A DNA stretch of 63,751 bases, counting the filler, from Dugesia japonica (taxonomy: Eukaryota): assembly GCA_001938525.1 (NCBI GenBank). It is 6 parts of 6 records of this genome, joined end to end, with 100 filler letters (N's around TTAATTAATTAA, not from the genome) between each part and the next. Parts side by side here need not be neighbours in the genome. Positions count along the whole stretch, not along the records: positions 22,307 to 37,039 come from MQRL01623858.1; positions 37,140 to 45,755 come from MQRL01610311.1; 4 more parts are not named here. The stretch is one strand, 5' to 3'. Under the pieces are notes generated by a model, which was not told the DNA's origin, ran no database searches, and was given only the letters and a program-made list of their open reading frames with translations. A program made the position numbers and the translations under genes. This document shows, one piece after another, positions 22,373 through 38,164 of this stretch (its first letter is position 1; each line of letters begins with the position of its first letter).

Positions 22373-23433
22373 TGAAAAGCTTAGTACATGCATGATGCTC
22401 TACATTATATTTCAAGAAATTTTAAAATAATTACGAAAATACAATAATATCAAGGAATTTAAAGAGAAAATAATAATACCAATCGGTAACAAATGAATAA
22501 AATACAAAATATAATGATATCTCGAAAGAAAATAATTGAAGAAGAATTGATAATCAAAATATAAATAGTGCTGAAAGAAATAATAACTATCAGACGAAAC
22601 AAAACTTGAGTTCGCACTGTTTATGACATCTATAATTAAAATAAGAAGAAAACAAGGGAGGTCAAAATAAACACTGGCTGAAGACACAGAAAAGAATGTA
22701 AAACAGATAATTGAAAAACTGACATGAACACAAAATGTCAAAATCCTGGTGCCAGAGCACGGCCTATATAAAGAAAGAAATAATATATTTTATAAAGAGA
22801 CAAACGAGATTTGAAAATTAAAATTTAATTGATGCATTTAAAAGAGAATTTATTTGGAGATATTTCCAAAGCTTCTTTGGGTTCAAGGGTATAGCTGGAT
22901 CTCCTACTAATTGATATTTGTGCCTTTCTATCAAATCTGGTTTGAAAACATTAAGTTTATCCCTCCAAATGCTACTATCATTAAACAGATTCTCTCTATT
23001 CTCTCTTTTTTTAGCACCAGTTTCAGCACCAGTTTCAGCACTCTGTTTCAGATCTAAAGAAATTAGAGCGATGAAAAGTGATATCTTGAAAAAGTGACAA
23101 AGAGAATAAAAGTTGACCCTACAGAATAACGTTTTGTATCAGAATAAAACTGCTAACAATGAACTAAAGAATTTGGCGTCAAGTGAATTGTAATTTTGAG
23201 TCTTTAGCGGAATCCGATTAATTGAGTTTTCACTCTTTGAGTTCAAAGAAAAATAAAAAAACAATTATTGTTATTTAATCTGGATTTATTTATTATTGTT
23301 GCTATCCGTGAATAAAACTTAATATATTGTTGGGACCTGATTACTAATTCAAACGCTATATTTTTGAGTCAGAGTAGTTAATAAATTTATATTTATTCAT
23401 TAAAACCTCAACAGACACACACACATACATATA

Positions 23434-25150
23434 TACAATGAAATCTCCAAAGCTGAAAACTAGATAAGTTGAAAACCTCTTCAACTTGAAAGACAGGTCA
23501 GAAAAGGTCACACAAGCGAAAAAAAGCAACATAAAATCTCTATAAATTGAAAACCTCTCTATCTTTTAAGTTGAAACAATTTACAATATCAATTCATACA
23601 AGAATGATTTGTAGATTGCGTAGTGAAGAATTGTTCTCTATAACTTACCAGATCGCTATAGTATGAATAAGACAAAAGAGAATATCATTTTCGCGTTCAC
23701 TTGGGCTACTAGTTCAATTTTATACTGGAGAAATGTACAAATGAGAAGTATGGAGTAGGACGGATTTATCAACATAACAAATTAGTGTTAATGCCATAAA
23801 AGATTTTAACAAGACAAATTAAAAAAATTAATTTATTGAAAAAATCTCAGATAGTTTTAAATACTTACTTATTGATTACACTCAAACCCCGTTTTAACGA
23901 AAGCCCCGTTTTAGTCAATGTATTTCATAGTCCCCGCAACGATAAAGCCCCTCATATATAAAGAAACTCCTACTTTAACGAAAACCTCGATTTAGCGAAG
24001 AGATTTGTCTAACATTTCTGTAAATTAACCCTTAACATGAACATTAGTCCTCAAAGCATGTGCGACACTTGGATAGCAACACTTGAATATCATCATATGC
24101 ACTTTTTAATACAATTAACGTCTCTTTATTTATATCTTCTATTTAATGAAACCTATACAATCGTAAACTGTTGTTTATTCAATTTGGTCTTCTTTCAGTA
24201 ATTCTGTATATTATAAAATGAATTTTTAATTAAAATGTTATGGCAGAATAAAAGAAGATTTGTTGTAGAACCAATAAAAAATTAATTTAAATTGATATTC
24301 AACTGCCTAATGTCCAACTATTCTTCCTCCCGCCTAATATGACCTCTGCCACTCAACTTCTTGATCAAAGAATAATACAAAATTTCAAGATCAACTATCG
24401 CAAATTCTTTTTTCGGAAATTGGTCTTAGAAGCAGAATCATGCACTTCTGTGAGTGATTTTACACGTCGTGCGACCGTCTTGGATGCAATACGGTGGATT
24501 GTATGTTTATGGAATGCTCTTAAGACAGAAACTATTATGAAATGCTTTCATGCAGCAGGATTCTATCAAATTTCAGGTAATATTTATTTTTTTCTTTCAT
24601 TTGACCAGCCAAACTTTACAGATCCCATGAACACGTGTGATTATGTTGAAGAATCAGACAACTACGATGGGTTTCTTCAACAACTGATAGAAGTTCCATA
24701 GCTTGAAGATGTTTGCACGTTCTCAGACTTTGTCAGATGTGATGACAACGTTCTAACTTACTACTATGGTAGTGACTCATCAGATGGTATTCTTCAGGAA
24801 CATTTAAATGTGAATGTGTCTGACAGTGATGTAATGGTAGACTAAAAAGAAGCAATAACAGATCTCACAATGCCCGAAGCTCTTATTAACTTGACTTATT
24901 AAGCTCTTATTATTTTGACTCAAAAATTAAGAAATTTTGTACTGCAACATACTTCAACGTTGTCGAAGGGTATGATGGCGTTAGAGGCAAATCTTGAAAG
25001 AAGTAGAGATTTCTAACTAAGATGAAGATTCTCAGGATATGTACAATATACAAAATGGAAGATACAAAATTTATTCTACTTTCAATCAAAGCTATACATT
25101 GAATAATCCTTACTACATAAAATAACTGGTTTAACTATTTCAGTTTTTGT
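23434..25150 (+). mobile_element. pogo/Tigger-like DNA transposon remnants
   Basis: VQLFFLPPNMTSATQLLDQRIIQNFKINYRK..TVLDAIRWI..WNALKTETIMKCFHAAGF (DDE_1 C-terminus, ~24310-24700). pogo-like end motifs near 23434 and 23877. Confidence 0.75.
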
Positions 25151-25939
25151 TGTTGATAGACAGTAAGTGCAATAATTCTGTATGCTTTCCTTGTTTACAA
25201 GAAGTTTCATTCATTAGGTACTTCGCCGTATCAAAAAAATTTATTGTCTTTGCATTTGTATCTGTTTTTATTCTGAGTATGGAACCATTCTTTCAATTCC
25301 AAAGCTACCACGGCTTCTGATAGCATTATTTTGTCTCGAAAAACAATATTACATTGTTAGCAATCAAGGCATGATGTTCTTTGATCTATTAGTATTGTTC
25401 TTTTACATATGACACCACATTTTCTAAAAAACTTTGTTTCGGATGTTTTGCTTACTTGTAGCATACAAATTTGTTCGAACTGAGATTTAAAATGGTAATC
25501 TTTAATTTCTGTTGGTGGCTGGATTCGTATTTCTCGTGGTTTTCGTACACGTTTACATCCTTTATAATGCAACTTTTGTTCATCTGTATTGTGATCAAAG
25601 CAGAAAATACTATTAATCCAATGACATAAATATCTAACAATGAAATATTATTATATCAATGTAAGTTGGAGAAGAAATGACATAAATGTGATGATAGATA
25701 TTCAATTTTTTGATAGTCTAATTGCCTAACGAAAAAATCAAAGTGCGAAAAACTTAAATTCAATCCAAAAGAACTAGAAAAAATGAAATTCTTAATAAAG
25801 AATTTAGTAAGGTTTTTTCATCTTAACCCTTTATAAAAGTAATAAAAAGTAAAAAATGAAATATTAAATAAAAGCTCAGATTAAAAAACATTTATTACAT
25901 TAAACCAGCAAATTTCCAAATTTAATTTACTCATAGAAA

Positions 25940-27823
<1,884 letters not shown>

Positions 27824-28699
27824 ATCTAGATATAAGGTATACAAAAGTTTTCATATTTTCCTTTTTAATATTGAACAATTTCTAAAAGATTTGACTTGTA
27901 TATACAAAAAACAAATTTTAAAAATTTGAAAAAATTACATTAGTTTCAAAATATCAATCAAAACAAGATATATGTAAAATGCTAATACGATTAATAATTT
28001 TAATTAAAAGGAATTAAATATATGTATCTATAGTATGCTTGTTTCTGAAATATGACATTTAAGTTTTAAATACTCTATTGTCAAGAATCGATGGCTTGTA
28101 TCCATCAAACAAATATGAGTAACAATATTTATTAATCTAAAAGAAAACAAATGCATGATTACAATGAAAATCTGTGATGTAGGTAAATAGAGTATGAAAT
28201 ATTTTCTCACCGCATAACAATTTATGACTTTTGAGAAATTTTGGCTAACTTTCCATGACTACTATGAAATTTTGAATAATTTTCCAACACTTCTTAGAAA
28301 TGCTGTGTAAATTTCCAATACTTCCCGGAAATTCTGTATAGAATGACTTCTGTATAATGCTTATTAAATTTGAATAACAATTATATTCTGGTAACTTATT
28401 TGATTTAACTAGAATGAATTTATTAATATCTAAAAAACCCTAATCCTCTTGGGCATATTTTAGTTATAATTTCCAATAATTAGTTTATCGACTGCATTTA
28501 GTTTTATAAGGTTTAATAAATTAGTCTGTATACTCCAAGTTCTGTATACGTGCATATATTGGAGTAGACCTATTAGAATTTGTAACAAACGAGTATATAT
28601 CTTATTGAAATTTATGCTTAATTCCATAAGATGAGTAACACACTAAATGAAAATACTGTTTACTTAAGAAATCAATGTGTATAATCTATTGACACAATA

Positions 28700-29545
28700 A
28701 TTATATATATATAAGTAACGCCATTTAAAATAAAACTTTATTGTTATATATTTCGACGGATTAACCGTCACCATCAAACAAAAATGAAATAAATGAGTTT
28801 ATTCAGCCTGTATTATTTAAACAAAGATTTGTGCGATTATACATAGTATAAGACGGCTATAATTCTTACTTTTTTAATTTTTTAAATAAAATTCTTAATT
28901 TTTTAAATTTTTTAAAACTTATGAAAATTGAAATTTATTTCAAAAAATAAAATAGAAAACCTATAAAAAAAATTTTTGAAAATAAATTAAGATTTCAATA
29001 AAAATTGAAAAATTACTGTATATCCGAAAGAGTTTTAAAATCTTTTTAATTAAATTAGTAGAATAAGCTGCCTGTACATTAATGCTTGGATTATGAAATC
29101 TAATCATTAACGCCTCATACAACACTCTCTTGCAGTAATTCTTAAATTGCTTAGACAAAATTTTAAAATTTAAAATTTCCACATTTGCATTGCAATTACT
29201 TTTATTTTTATATTTATGCTCAGGAATATTACTACCACCCCCAAAACGATTATGCTCTTGAATTCTTGTACATATATAATGGACAGTCTCTCCAATGTAT
29301 GTGGCATTGGATTTAAATTCATAATTACATTTAAATTCATAAACAAGGTTAGAACACAAACCAATTGGCGTATGGGATTTATTAACAAAGCTATTAACAA
29401 TCTTATGTGAAAGAGAGACAATTTTCAATAAAGGAAGATCCGTAGCAGCTTGGAGAATCCAATTCTTAAACTTTTTAAAACCCTCAGAATATGGAATCGA
29501 TAAAACAAATGGCCCAATACAATTTGATAAAATGCCACCAGGTTC
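28700..29545 (-). mobile_element. Penelope-like retroelement 3' fragment (GIY-YIG endonuclease)
   Basis: NLVYEFKC..ATYIGET..TRIQEH..FKILSK..RVLYEALMIRFHNPSINVQ in ORF 28961-29614. Confidence 0.85.
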
Positions 29546-29599
29546 CGAATTATTCAAAACAGTTTCAGTTTTTTTTATCGAAATCAATATTATTATCAA

Positions 29600-30420
29600 C
29601 CAATATTTTGTCAATTGTCTGCGAAGTTAATGAATGTTTATCACTCCAATTGCTGTCGAGAGTTTTGATTAATAAAGAAGCTGATATCTTGGATATTCTG
29701 TCTTGATCACCAATTTTATATTTCTATTTTTTATTGTTTTTGATTGTTGCCTTGACAATCACAACGTTAATTTATTGTTTGAATCTACATCGATTGGTCT
29801 TGCTACATTTAGTCCTTTATGAGATGAATGATTATAACTATGAATGAGTTTCGCTAATACATTTATCCATGTTTTATTATCAGTATGTAGAAAATATTTC
29901 TTCAAAGCATCTCTCAACGTACTAATGAATCTCTAGACGTGCCTCCTTATATTCAGAGAATACAGAACTATGGTCAATTTTTAGATGTTTCTTAAGATTT
30001 TTGGCTTTGGTGTTGTAAAATCTTTTGCCCAGATCTGTTTGTCAAGTATCTGGATGTCTATCTTTAAACATTAACTTAATTGCTGGCTCCATATCATTAG
30101 CAGACTTTGATTTGACTGAAATAGCTTTTGCAAATCTACTAAATACATTGATACATGTCAAAATTTATTTAAATCCTTTATTAATCTTTGAATATGGGAT
30201 CATCCCCATCAATTCCATTTGCCATAAATCATCAATACTATATGTTTAATACGCTCTTGTTGAAAATCTTTTCAACATTGGCTTGTTAAGACTGTACGCT
30301 AGTTGACTCGATTACCACTTTTTGGTTTTTTCCTGGTTTTTGTGTGCTGCTTTTATCAACTTTTCTACGGCACAAAACCTGTGAGATTTTTTGTATCCGT
30401 TCATATTGTCTGTAGTTTGA
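29600..30420 (-). pseudogene. Polinton retroviral-like integrase pseudogene
   Basis: Manual translation across stops: QLAYSLNKPMLKRF..IDDLWQMELMGMIPYSKINKGFK*ILTCINVFSRFAKAISVKSKS..QTDLGK..ERFISTLR..WINVLAKLIHSYNHSSH..RISK..NWSD. Confidence 0.85.
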
Positions 30421-30505
30421 CCATTACAACAATTAGATGAAAATTTTAAATCAAAAATTTGGTAAAGATTGTATACTGCTCCTTTTTTTCTAAAATAAGA
30501 TAAGC

Positions 30506-30710
30506 CTAATGGTGCATCAATGAATGATTCAATAAGAAATTGTCTTTTATTGCCTGCTTTGCTAAAAATTCAACAACTGTTTGATCCCTCAAATTCTTAA
30601 ATATAAACAGGTATTGTACATTTAAATTAAGCGTTCTATGACTTCCTTCTTGATGAAAGAGATTTTGAGTAATAAATATCACAGTCACACCAAAATGTCT
30701 TGATATTGTT
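30506..30710 (-). pseudogene. Polinton A32/FtsK-like packaging ATPase, C-terminal fragment
   Basis: ISRHFGVTVIFITQNLFHQEGSHRTLNLNVQYLFIFKNLRD matches the 'SHH.N.SVI...QNLF......RTISLN..Y...FKNPRD' block; immediately upstream of the integrase. Confidence 0.82.
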
Positions 30711-33700
30711 ATACATAATAATCCATATAAAACTATACAAAACCAAATCATATTTCAACTCTCAATTTTGCATAGTAATCAATAATTTGCTTTGTTCTAG
30801 TTGCATTTTTATTGTACAAATATGACTCATACTTGTATGAACCAATCAAAATCATGCAAACTAAACATTAGCGTGTATAAATATACTATAATTTACATTT
30901 CAATTTCATTAATTTTGAAAATGACAAAGGTTTTATCGTTAAAACAAATGTGAAATTGTTCATTATCTAAACTGTAAAGAAAGCTTATTAATTTATCTAA
31001 AGATAATGTCTTAACAGTTACTTTTGACTTTTGCAAACCAAATATGATGTATTCTTTTAAGAAGCCACTAATATATTCATTTCAAGTACTAATATTTACT
31101 ATTTAATTTAATTATTACTTTGTTTTAGGAACCTTTTAAGATGAAAAGATGCCCTTATAGTATGCTTGTATCAGAAATAAATTCCAATGATATGATGATA
31201 TTAAATCAACTCTTACAAAGATCTAACTCATCAATTGTAATAAAAAATGAGGTTTTTATTAATTCAAAGAATGTTCCTGAAAATACATATGATGTTGGAT
31301 ATCAAAACTTTTATAAATGGATGATTAAAATTGAAATCCAAGGATATAAAAAATTTGACATTATTATTGAACCAATCTGGAGTATAAAATGTGTGTACAA
31401 CGTTGATTAAAATGTGTTTATTAATAAAAGGTTGATATATATGTATTTTGTTATTTCTTAATAAAAACTAAATAAAAACAAAATAAGAAATATATTTATA
31501 CAACATAATTATTTTACAAAGTTCATATTTATAAAAATCAACTATTTACATTGCTTGTTGACACAGGATAGCATTTGTATTGCATTTTATCAATGAAATT
31601 ATATAAATCTGTAATAATGTTGTCAACATATCCATGATAATGTAAATTCTTTAGTGCAACTAGAACAAAGACATTGCAACAAGAGTGAAACTAGAACAAA
31701 GAACATGAGTCATACTTTTATTTTACGAAATAATATCATACAATACATACAATACGCCCAATAATGTCAAATAATATACACAATAAACCTTATAAAATTA
31801 TATAATGCATACATAATGTACTCTATATATTAACATCATACATACAATATACACTATAATACCCAATATATACGAAATAATATCATATAATACGCATAAT
31901 ACACGAAATAATGTGATAAATTGCATCCAATAATGTCTTATAATACATATATTTAACTAAATAAAATCATTTAAATACACACAATATACCTTATAGTTAT
32001 ATTATACATACAATTAACTCGATATGGTTATATAATATATACAAAAAAATCTAATAATTTCATATAATACACTCACAATAAACTTAATAACATTAAATAC
32101 ATACAAATACATCAATTGAACTAGTTAAAACATACAACAAATCCTATAAATACAGATAAATACATACAATAAACCAAATACACATACATCAAATAAACTC
32201 ATCTATTTAAAATATTAATATTAAATGTTCCCGAAAAAATATAAAAATTTTATACATATGAGTCATATTTGTGCAACATTAATGCAATGGAAACAATGAA
32301 AATGCACGATAAATCAAAGTTTTAATAAGGTNNNNNNNNNNNNNNNNNNNNNNNNNNNNNNNNNNNNNNNNNNNNNNNNNNATATTTGTGCAACATTAAT
32401 GCAATGGAAACAATGAAAATGCACGATAAATCAAAGTTTTAATAAGGTTTATTTATTATATTATGGAATTTGTAGGTTATCTATATAGTTTTATATATTC
32501 TTAAAAAGTATTAAGATTTAATTGGTTTGAAAATGTTTATAAAGTTCATAAGATTTTAATTAATAAGTTTTTAATTAGTAAATTTAAATTATTATTAAAT
32601 TAGTTTTTGTTTAAGTATATTAAATTAAAAATGATTGATAATTAATTATTATTATGATATGGAAATTTTATTTATTTATTTTTGTTTAACTGAGTTAAAT
32701 AAATAAAACGGTAGATGACCTTGAACAATCAATTATAAAATTAGTGAATATTTATTTGTTAATTTATTTTAATGATTTTTATTTATTTTAGATATTAACA
32801 GAATGAATTCAAGGAAAAATATTTCCACAAATATGGCAAGTTTAACTAATTAATTTATTGTTATTGATTTATATTTTAAACTGAAAACATAAATGAGTGT
32901 CTACGGAATTTTATTACAAAGGAATTTATGAATAGAGGTTAAATTCATTAATATTAAATTTAAGGCTAATGACTTTGTTTAATAATTATAAGTTAATGAT
33001 TTTTTTTAATAAATTTAAGTTAATGATTTTATTTTAATTGGATTATAATTTCATTTCAATTTTTAATGTAATGATTTAAACTTTACATTATATTATCAAG
33101 TTTAACTTAATAATTTTTATTTAATTTAGAGATTTTAATAGAACTTAATGATATAACTTAATTATTATGAAAAAGAAGCACATTTACAGGTAATTTATTT
33201 TGTTATTTAAACTAATTAATTTGTACTATTAAAATCTAATTTATAATTAAGATCTAGATTTAAACAATTTACATAATGATTGTAAATATCCATGTTTTAT
33301 CAATAATAAATTTTATGATTTGATTTCTCTTTTCATTTGTTTTTTATATATTAGTTTTAACATTGTTTGAGAAGCATCTAATCTTAATATTGCTCGGGCA
33401 AAATTCATTTCAAAATTTGAAAATTTAAACAAAATAAGTTTTCCCATCAATTTTCTATGAAAAATCCATAAAATCACCTAATTTAAATAAAAATCTCAAA
33501 AAATCAGTAAATTTAAACAAGTTATAAAAAATCAATTAATTTATAAAAAAATTTAAACATTGAAACAAAAATATTAAGTCTGCGTGGGAAATTTAAATAT
33601 GAAGTCTGCCCAGATGGTAGTTGCCATGAAAATAACCTTGACCTACTTTCATTTAACATTGAACTACATCTATTCGGCCTTGAAATATTACACCAATTTA

Positions 33701-33720
33701 AATTGAGTGAACTGTACCAC

Positions 33721-34057
33721 AGAACTTGAAAATTTTGACCAATCAAAATCGAGTATACTTTACCATTGACCTTCAACTAATATGACCTTGAAAATTTCGA
33801 CCAATCAGAATAGTGTATACTATGTACCAGTGACCTTAAAAAAATTTTCAACCAATCAGAATCAAGTATACGTAACCACTTTGACCTTGAAAATGTTTCT
33901 ACCTCGGCGGGGGCGGGGGTGTTTACAATCGCTACTATTTATCTACTTACATAGAAGTCATTATAATGTTTCAATAAATTACATAGAAGTCACCAAACTT
34001 TTTCAAAAATTACGTAGAAGTCGGTGACATTTTACAAAGATTACATAGAAGTCAATG
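33721..34057 (+). repeat. Two short repeat arrays separated by a GC box
   Basis: TGACCTTGAAAATTT..ACCAATCAGAAT..GTATAC units at ~33721, 33783, 33831 (partial 33882). GGGGCGGGG at ~33910. TTACRTAGAAGTC at 33947, 33979, 34010, 34041. Confidence 0.8.
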
Positions 34058-36734
34058 AAAATCTTACAAAGTATTTGTATATATATGTGTATGTGTTCAA
34101 TTTTATTAAATAATACATATACAACACAGAATGCTACATAAAGGCAACATAAGTACATTTTTAAAATTTTCATAATCATTTTTTTAATAAATTTTATTTA
34201 ATTTATACATTTTTTATTCATGTTTAAATTTTAGATGTCGATTATCTCGCTACCTATTAGTCAAACTGGAATAAAATTACAAAATATGTATTTGTCATCT
34301 CATTTACACTCCCATGATATCAAGTTTGATGTATGTTAATTAAGAAATGGTACCAAAAATCCATTTTTAAAATATTTTTTAAAAGTCATTTGTTCTTTCT
34401 TATATATTTTCTTGTAAACCATACATTTCCCTATACTAATACTTTAGACAAAATTTTGATAGTTTTAATTGTCTACCCGTTAGTATCAAATTCAAGTCTA
34501 GATGATAAGGGTTTGAGTCTGCAAGCGCTTTTTAAACTTTAACATTTTAAATCTTTAATAACTCGCCGCAAATACTTCAGATTAAATTTCCAAGATAACG
34601 CTTATGTTCCTAAAGCTTTTACGAGTCCAACGGTACCAAGGTTTATCATTATAACATGCATATACTCGTTTTAACGATGATTTTAAAATATTTGATTTTA
34701 AATGGTGTCATGCTGACATGTCTCACTACTCTACTGTACATCATTTTTCATTGTAAGTACTTTAGGAAATGGTTTTCAATTTTCATCCCGTTGATGATGG
34801 CTTCAACTAAAAAATAATTGAAATAGAATTTGGTTCGCCACATTTGGCGGAGTGTTTTCGTCCATTTCTAAATGCTAGAGATTAATTCATTTTTAATCTG
34901 CGTTTTTCTTTATTCGCTAAAGAAACGGTATCAGATCATTTCCCGCGTATGGTGGTGGTGATTTGTGATTTGTTTTGGTACTGATAAGTATTTTATGGCT
35001 ATAGTCTTGGATCACTGCGGACACTAATGTAATGCTAGTGAAATGGAATATGCGACAAGTACTCGTTTGATAATAATAGCTAAATGATAGGCAAAGTAGG
35101 TGAAAGTAGTAGAAAGAAGATATCATAATAGCACAGGAATACTTGTGATAATCTCGGCAATAATAATAGTATTGGTGGATAGTGCAGATATGTATATGTG
35201 GTATTAGTTGGAAGTAGTATATCAGGTTATTAATGGTTAACATAATGGTATTCCTGTATAAATAATAATTGTGTTAATGGTAATGCCAATAATAATTGTG
35301 AAAATAATTACGCTAGTAAAGTTAATAGTAAAAATGGTTAATTCTGAATCTATTAATGATAATGTTAATAATGGTAGTCTAAATATTAATAATAGTAAGG
35401 CTGGAATAAAAATTAATAGTAATGACAACCCGGATAACATTAGTAAAATTGATAATATTCCCAATGAAAGTGATAATATTAAATAATAGCAACATTAATA
35501 ACCGTATTAGTTATTGAGAATAATATCAATAATGGTAGAAATTAATAATTGGCAATAGTAACTGTAAAGTCTAATCCAACTATATTATAGAGATATATGA
35601 TAGCTTTATTTAAATTATTGTTTTTTTCCAAAACGAAACGTATTGATTTATTCTAATTTCTTTTAATTATTCTAGCCTACATAATTTATTTTTATTATTA
35701 TTAATTAAGGTCATTTTTTGTGTGTGGAAGATTTTGTGGGCTCCAAGAGAGTCAACAAAAAAGTGTTGAGGGACACTTGGAGTGTATTTTATTTTATTTT
35801 AAAATATTTTATTTATACTACTGAATTTATTAAAAAATAAAAAATAACACGTATAACAAACTGGTAAAGAATAAATAATTTCATTAACAAAACTGTATAT
35901 AAATTTACTGTTTTAAACTATTTCTTTAGGCAAGAGAATCAACTGTCAAATCGCGATGATTAGTTCATATGTCGTCATCGAGATTCTTAAATTCTTTACC
36001 AATATATATGATGATCCAAAAAATTTTTTCTTGATGGTATTTCCTCAACGGTCAACAAATTATATAATATATTCTTTCGATTTTAAATACTGAAGTTTAA
36101 TCTACTGTCTGCCTAATGTCAAGAAAATGTATTTGAATTGTTTTTGTATTTGTATTTTAATTCCAATTTGAATTTCTGTGCTTTCTTTATTTCTTTTGGC
36201 GGTTGCCAAGTATTTGTTTAATTTTTTTGGATTTATTACATTTAACTGTAAAAGAATTTTAAAATGTACTAAATATTTACAAGAAAAAAATTTTATGTAT
36301 GTCTATATATTTTTGTATAGGGAAGTTTGTAATGTTTAAGGGTTTTTCTTTGTATATTAGGGTTTTGAGAACTGCATTCATTTTCATTTTCGTTACTCTG
36401 TATGAAAGAGATATTTACAACACAATAAAAATACTTTAACAACACAATATGTCTGTATTGGCTTGATATTTCATTTGTTATTTGTTTGTATTGCTTGTGT
36501 TTTTTATGAAAAACTTAGTTTCATTTTGTGTGTTGAATGTTACATATTTGTTTGCTTTTGGTATGCGATATAGTTTGGTTCTGTCGATTTTATTTTTACT
36601 TCTTTTTCATCGATAATTAGGGTAACGACATTTATTTCGACTTTGATTAATTTATATGGACATGAGTATTTTGTTTCAAAGCCTATTGTGAGGGCTTTTT
36701 CGCTAATGCGTAGTCTGTCGTTAGTAGTTGATAA

Positions 36735-37039
36735 ATGACGGCTTCTCGACAAGGTTGTGACCTTTTTTCACATACATATACACACAAAGTAAATACCTTT
36801 GATTCAAAGTTGTTAAATAAATCTCAAAAGATTTGTTTAGCAGCAAAATATCAAGAACTTGTTTTTAAAGAACCAAATTTAAAAAATTCAATGATAGCTA
36901 AAGAAATGGGGATATCTGTTCAAACAATAAATAAACCTTTAAGAGAATTAAATTTAAAACCTGAAAGAAAAAGATATGCAAGAGTAAAATATTCTTTTGA
37001 TGATAAATCACATCAATATATTAAAAATAATTATGGTGA
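36735..37039 (+). CDS. Helix-turn-helix protein fragment, truncated by gap
   Basis: EPNLKNSMIAKEMGISVQTINKPLREL fits an HTH pattern; start uncertain. Confidence 0.5.
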
Positions 37040-38164
37040 NNNNNNNNNNNNNNNNNNNNNNNNNNNNNNNNNNNNNNNNNNNNTTAATTAATTAANNNNN
37101 NNNNNNNNNNNNNNNNNNNNNNNNNNNNNNNNNNNNNNNTTAAATGAATTCTATAAAACGATCAATGGTTAAGTCCAACAATTATTCTCGCAATAATTGC
37201 AATTTTAAAACAAATATTTTAGAAATTGGATTTTTTTCTCGAGATACGGGAAGTCGATTTTCTTAATTTTCTTTAGAAATTCTCGAGAAAAAATACTATT
37301 TGCAATAGAGTTAAACCAAACAAAGAATGGAAGTCATTTTTGAAATGTTTAAAGAAAGCGTAAAAAAGAGTTTTGTAAATTCATAAACAATAGCATACGA
37401 AGAATAATAGAATCATATCATGAGTGTTCATGTAAAGATATGATTATAGATACCTTCGATGTTGAGTTTCCAACTGTGTATTCTGCTATCATTATTGGTT
37501 TCATGAAAGAAAAGCAAATCAAGCACTAACTAAAATAAAGAGCAAATATAATTTATAAAGGAAAAGATTAAAGTTTGTGGTAGAATGTATTATTTAAACA
37601 AATATTTTTAGATTTCCGACAATGATTTGTAGATTATTTGATATCGAATTTTTTAACAATTAATAATAATTGATTCTTGATAAATTCATTAAAACAAATC
37701 TAAAATAATAATTTTAGTTTTATGAAACAATCAAAACTATATAAATATTAAATAAAATGTACAAATTAATTATGTAAGCTCTAAAATTGGTTGTTGAATT
37801 TTTCGAAAGTGATTTGTGAAACCCGATAAATAGAAAACGTTAATTGAGGAATCGCAAACAAGGTTTATTACAATCGCACCCAAAATTGTTATTCTCTTTA
37901 ATTTAGCAATGACATACTATTATTTGTGCTACAACCTGACATTTCAATTCAAATATTTCGATTTGAACTTTTGATTAAATAATTGTGAAATTCTAAAGGT
38001 CAGTAATAAACAATCGAATAACTTACAGATCACAGTTAGAGGAATTGCATTCTGCTTGTAATAAATTGGCTGTGGAGATATTTGGCGAGGATTTGTTAGA
38101 ATATCGATGGTTACAGTTACCAAGGTTCTGGAAATGATCACCATTAAAGCATTAATAGTTACGA

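Noticed and set aside
32262-32448. Exact ~70-bp direct repeat
   Set aside because: Copies flank an N gap; typical contig-overlap artefact
33947-34057. Repeat-spacer pattern resembling a mini-CRISPR
   Set aside because: Repeats are only 13 nt and the spacers are themselves similar; a degenerate 31-bp tandem repeat
34917-35486. Hydrophobic or Asn-rich ORFs on both strands
   Set aside because: Low-complexity AAT-derived sequence; no supportable product
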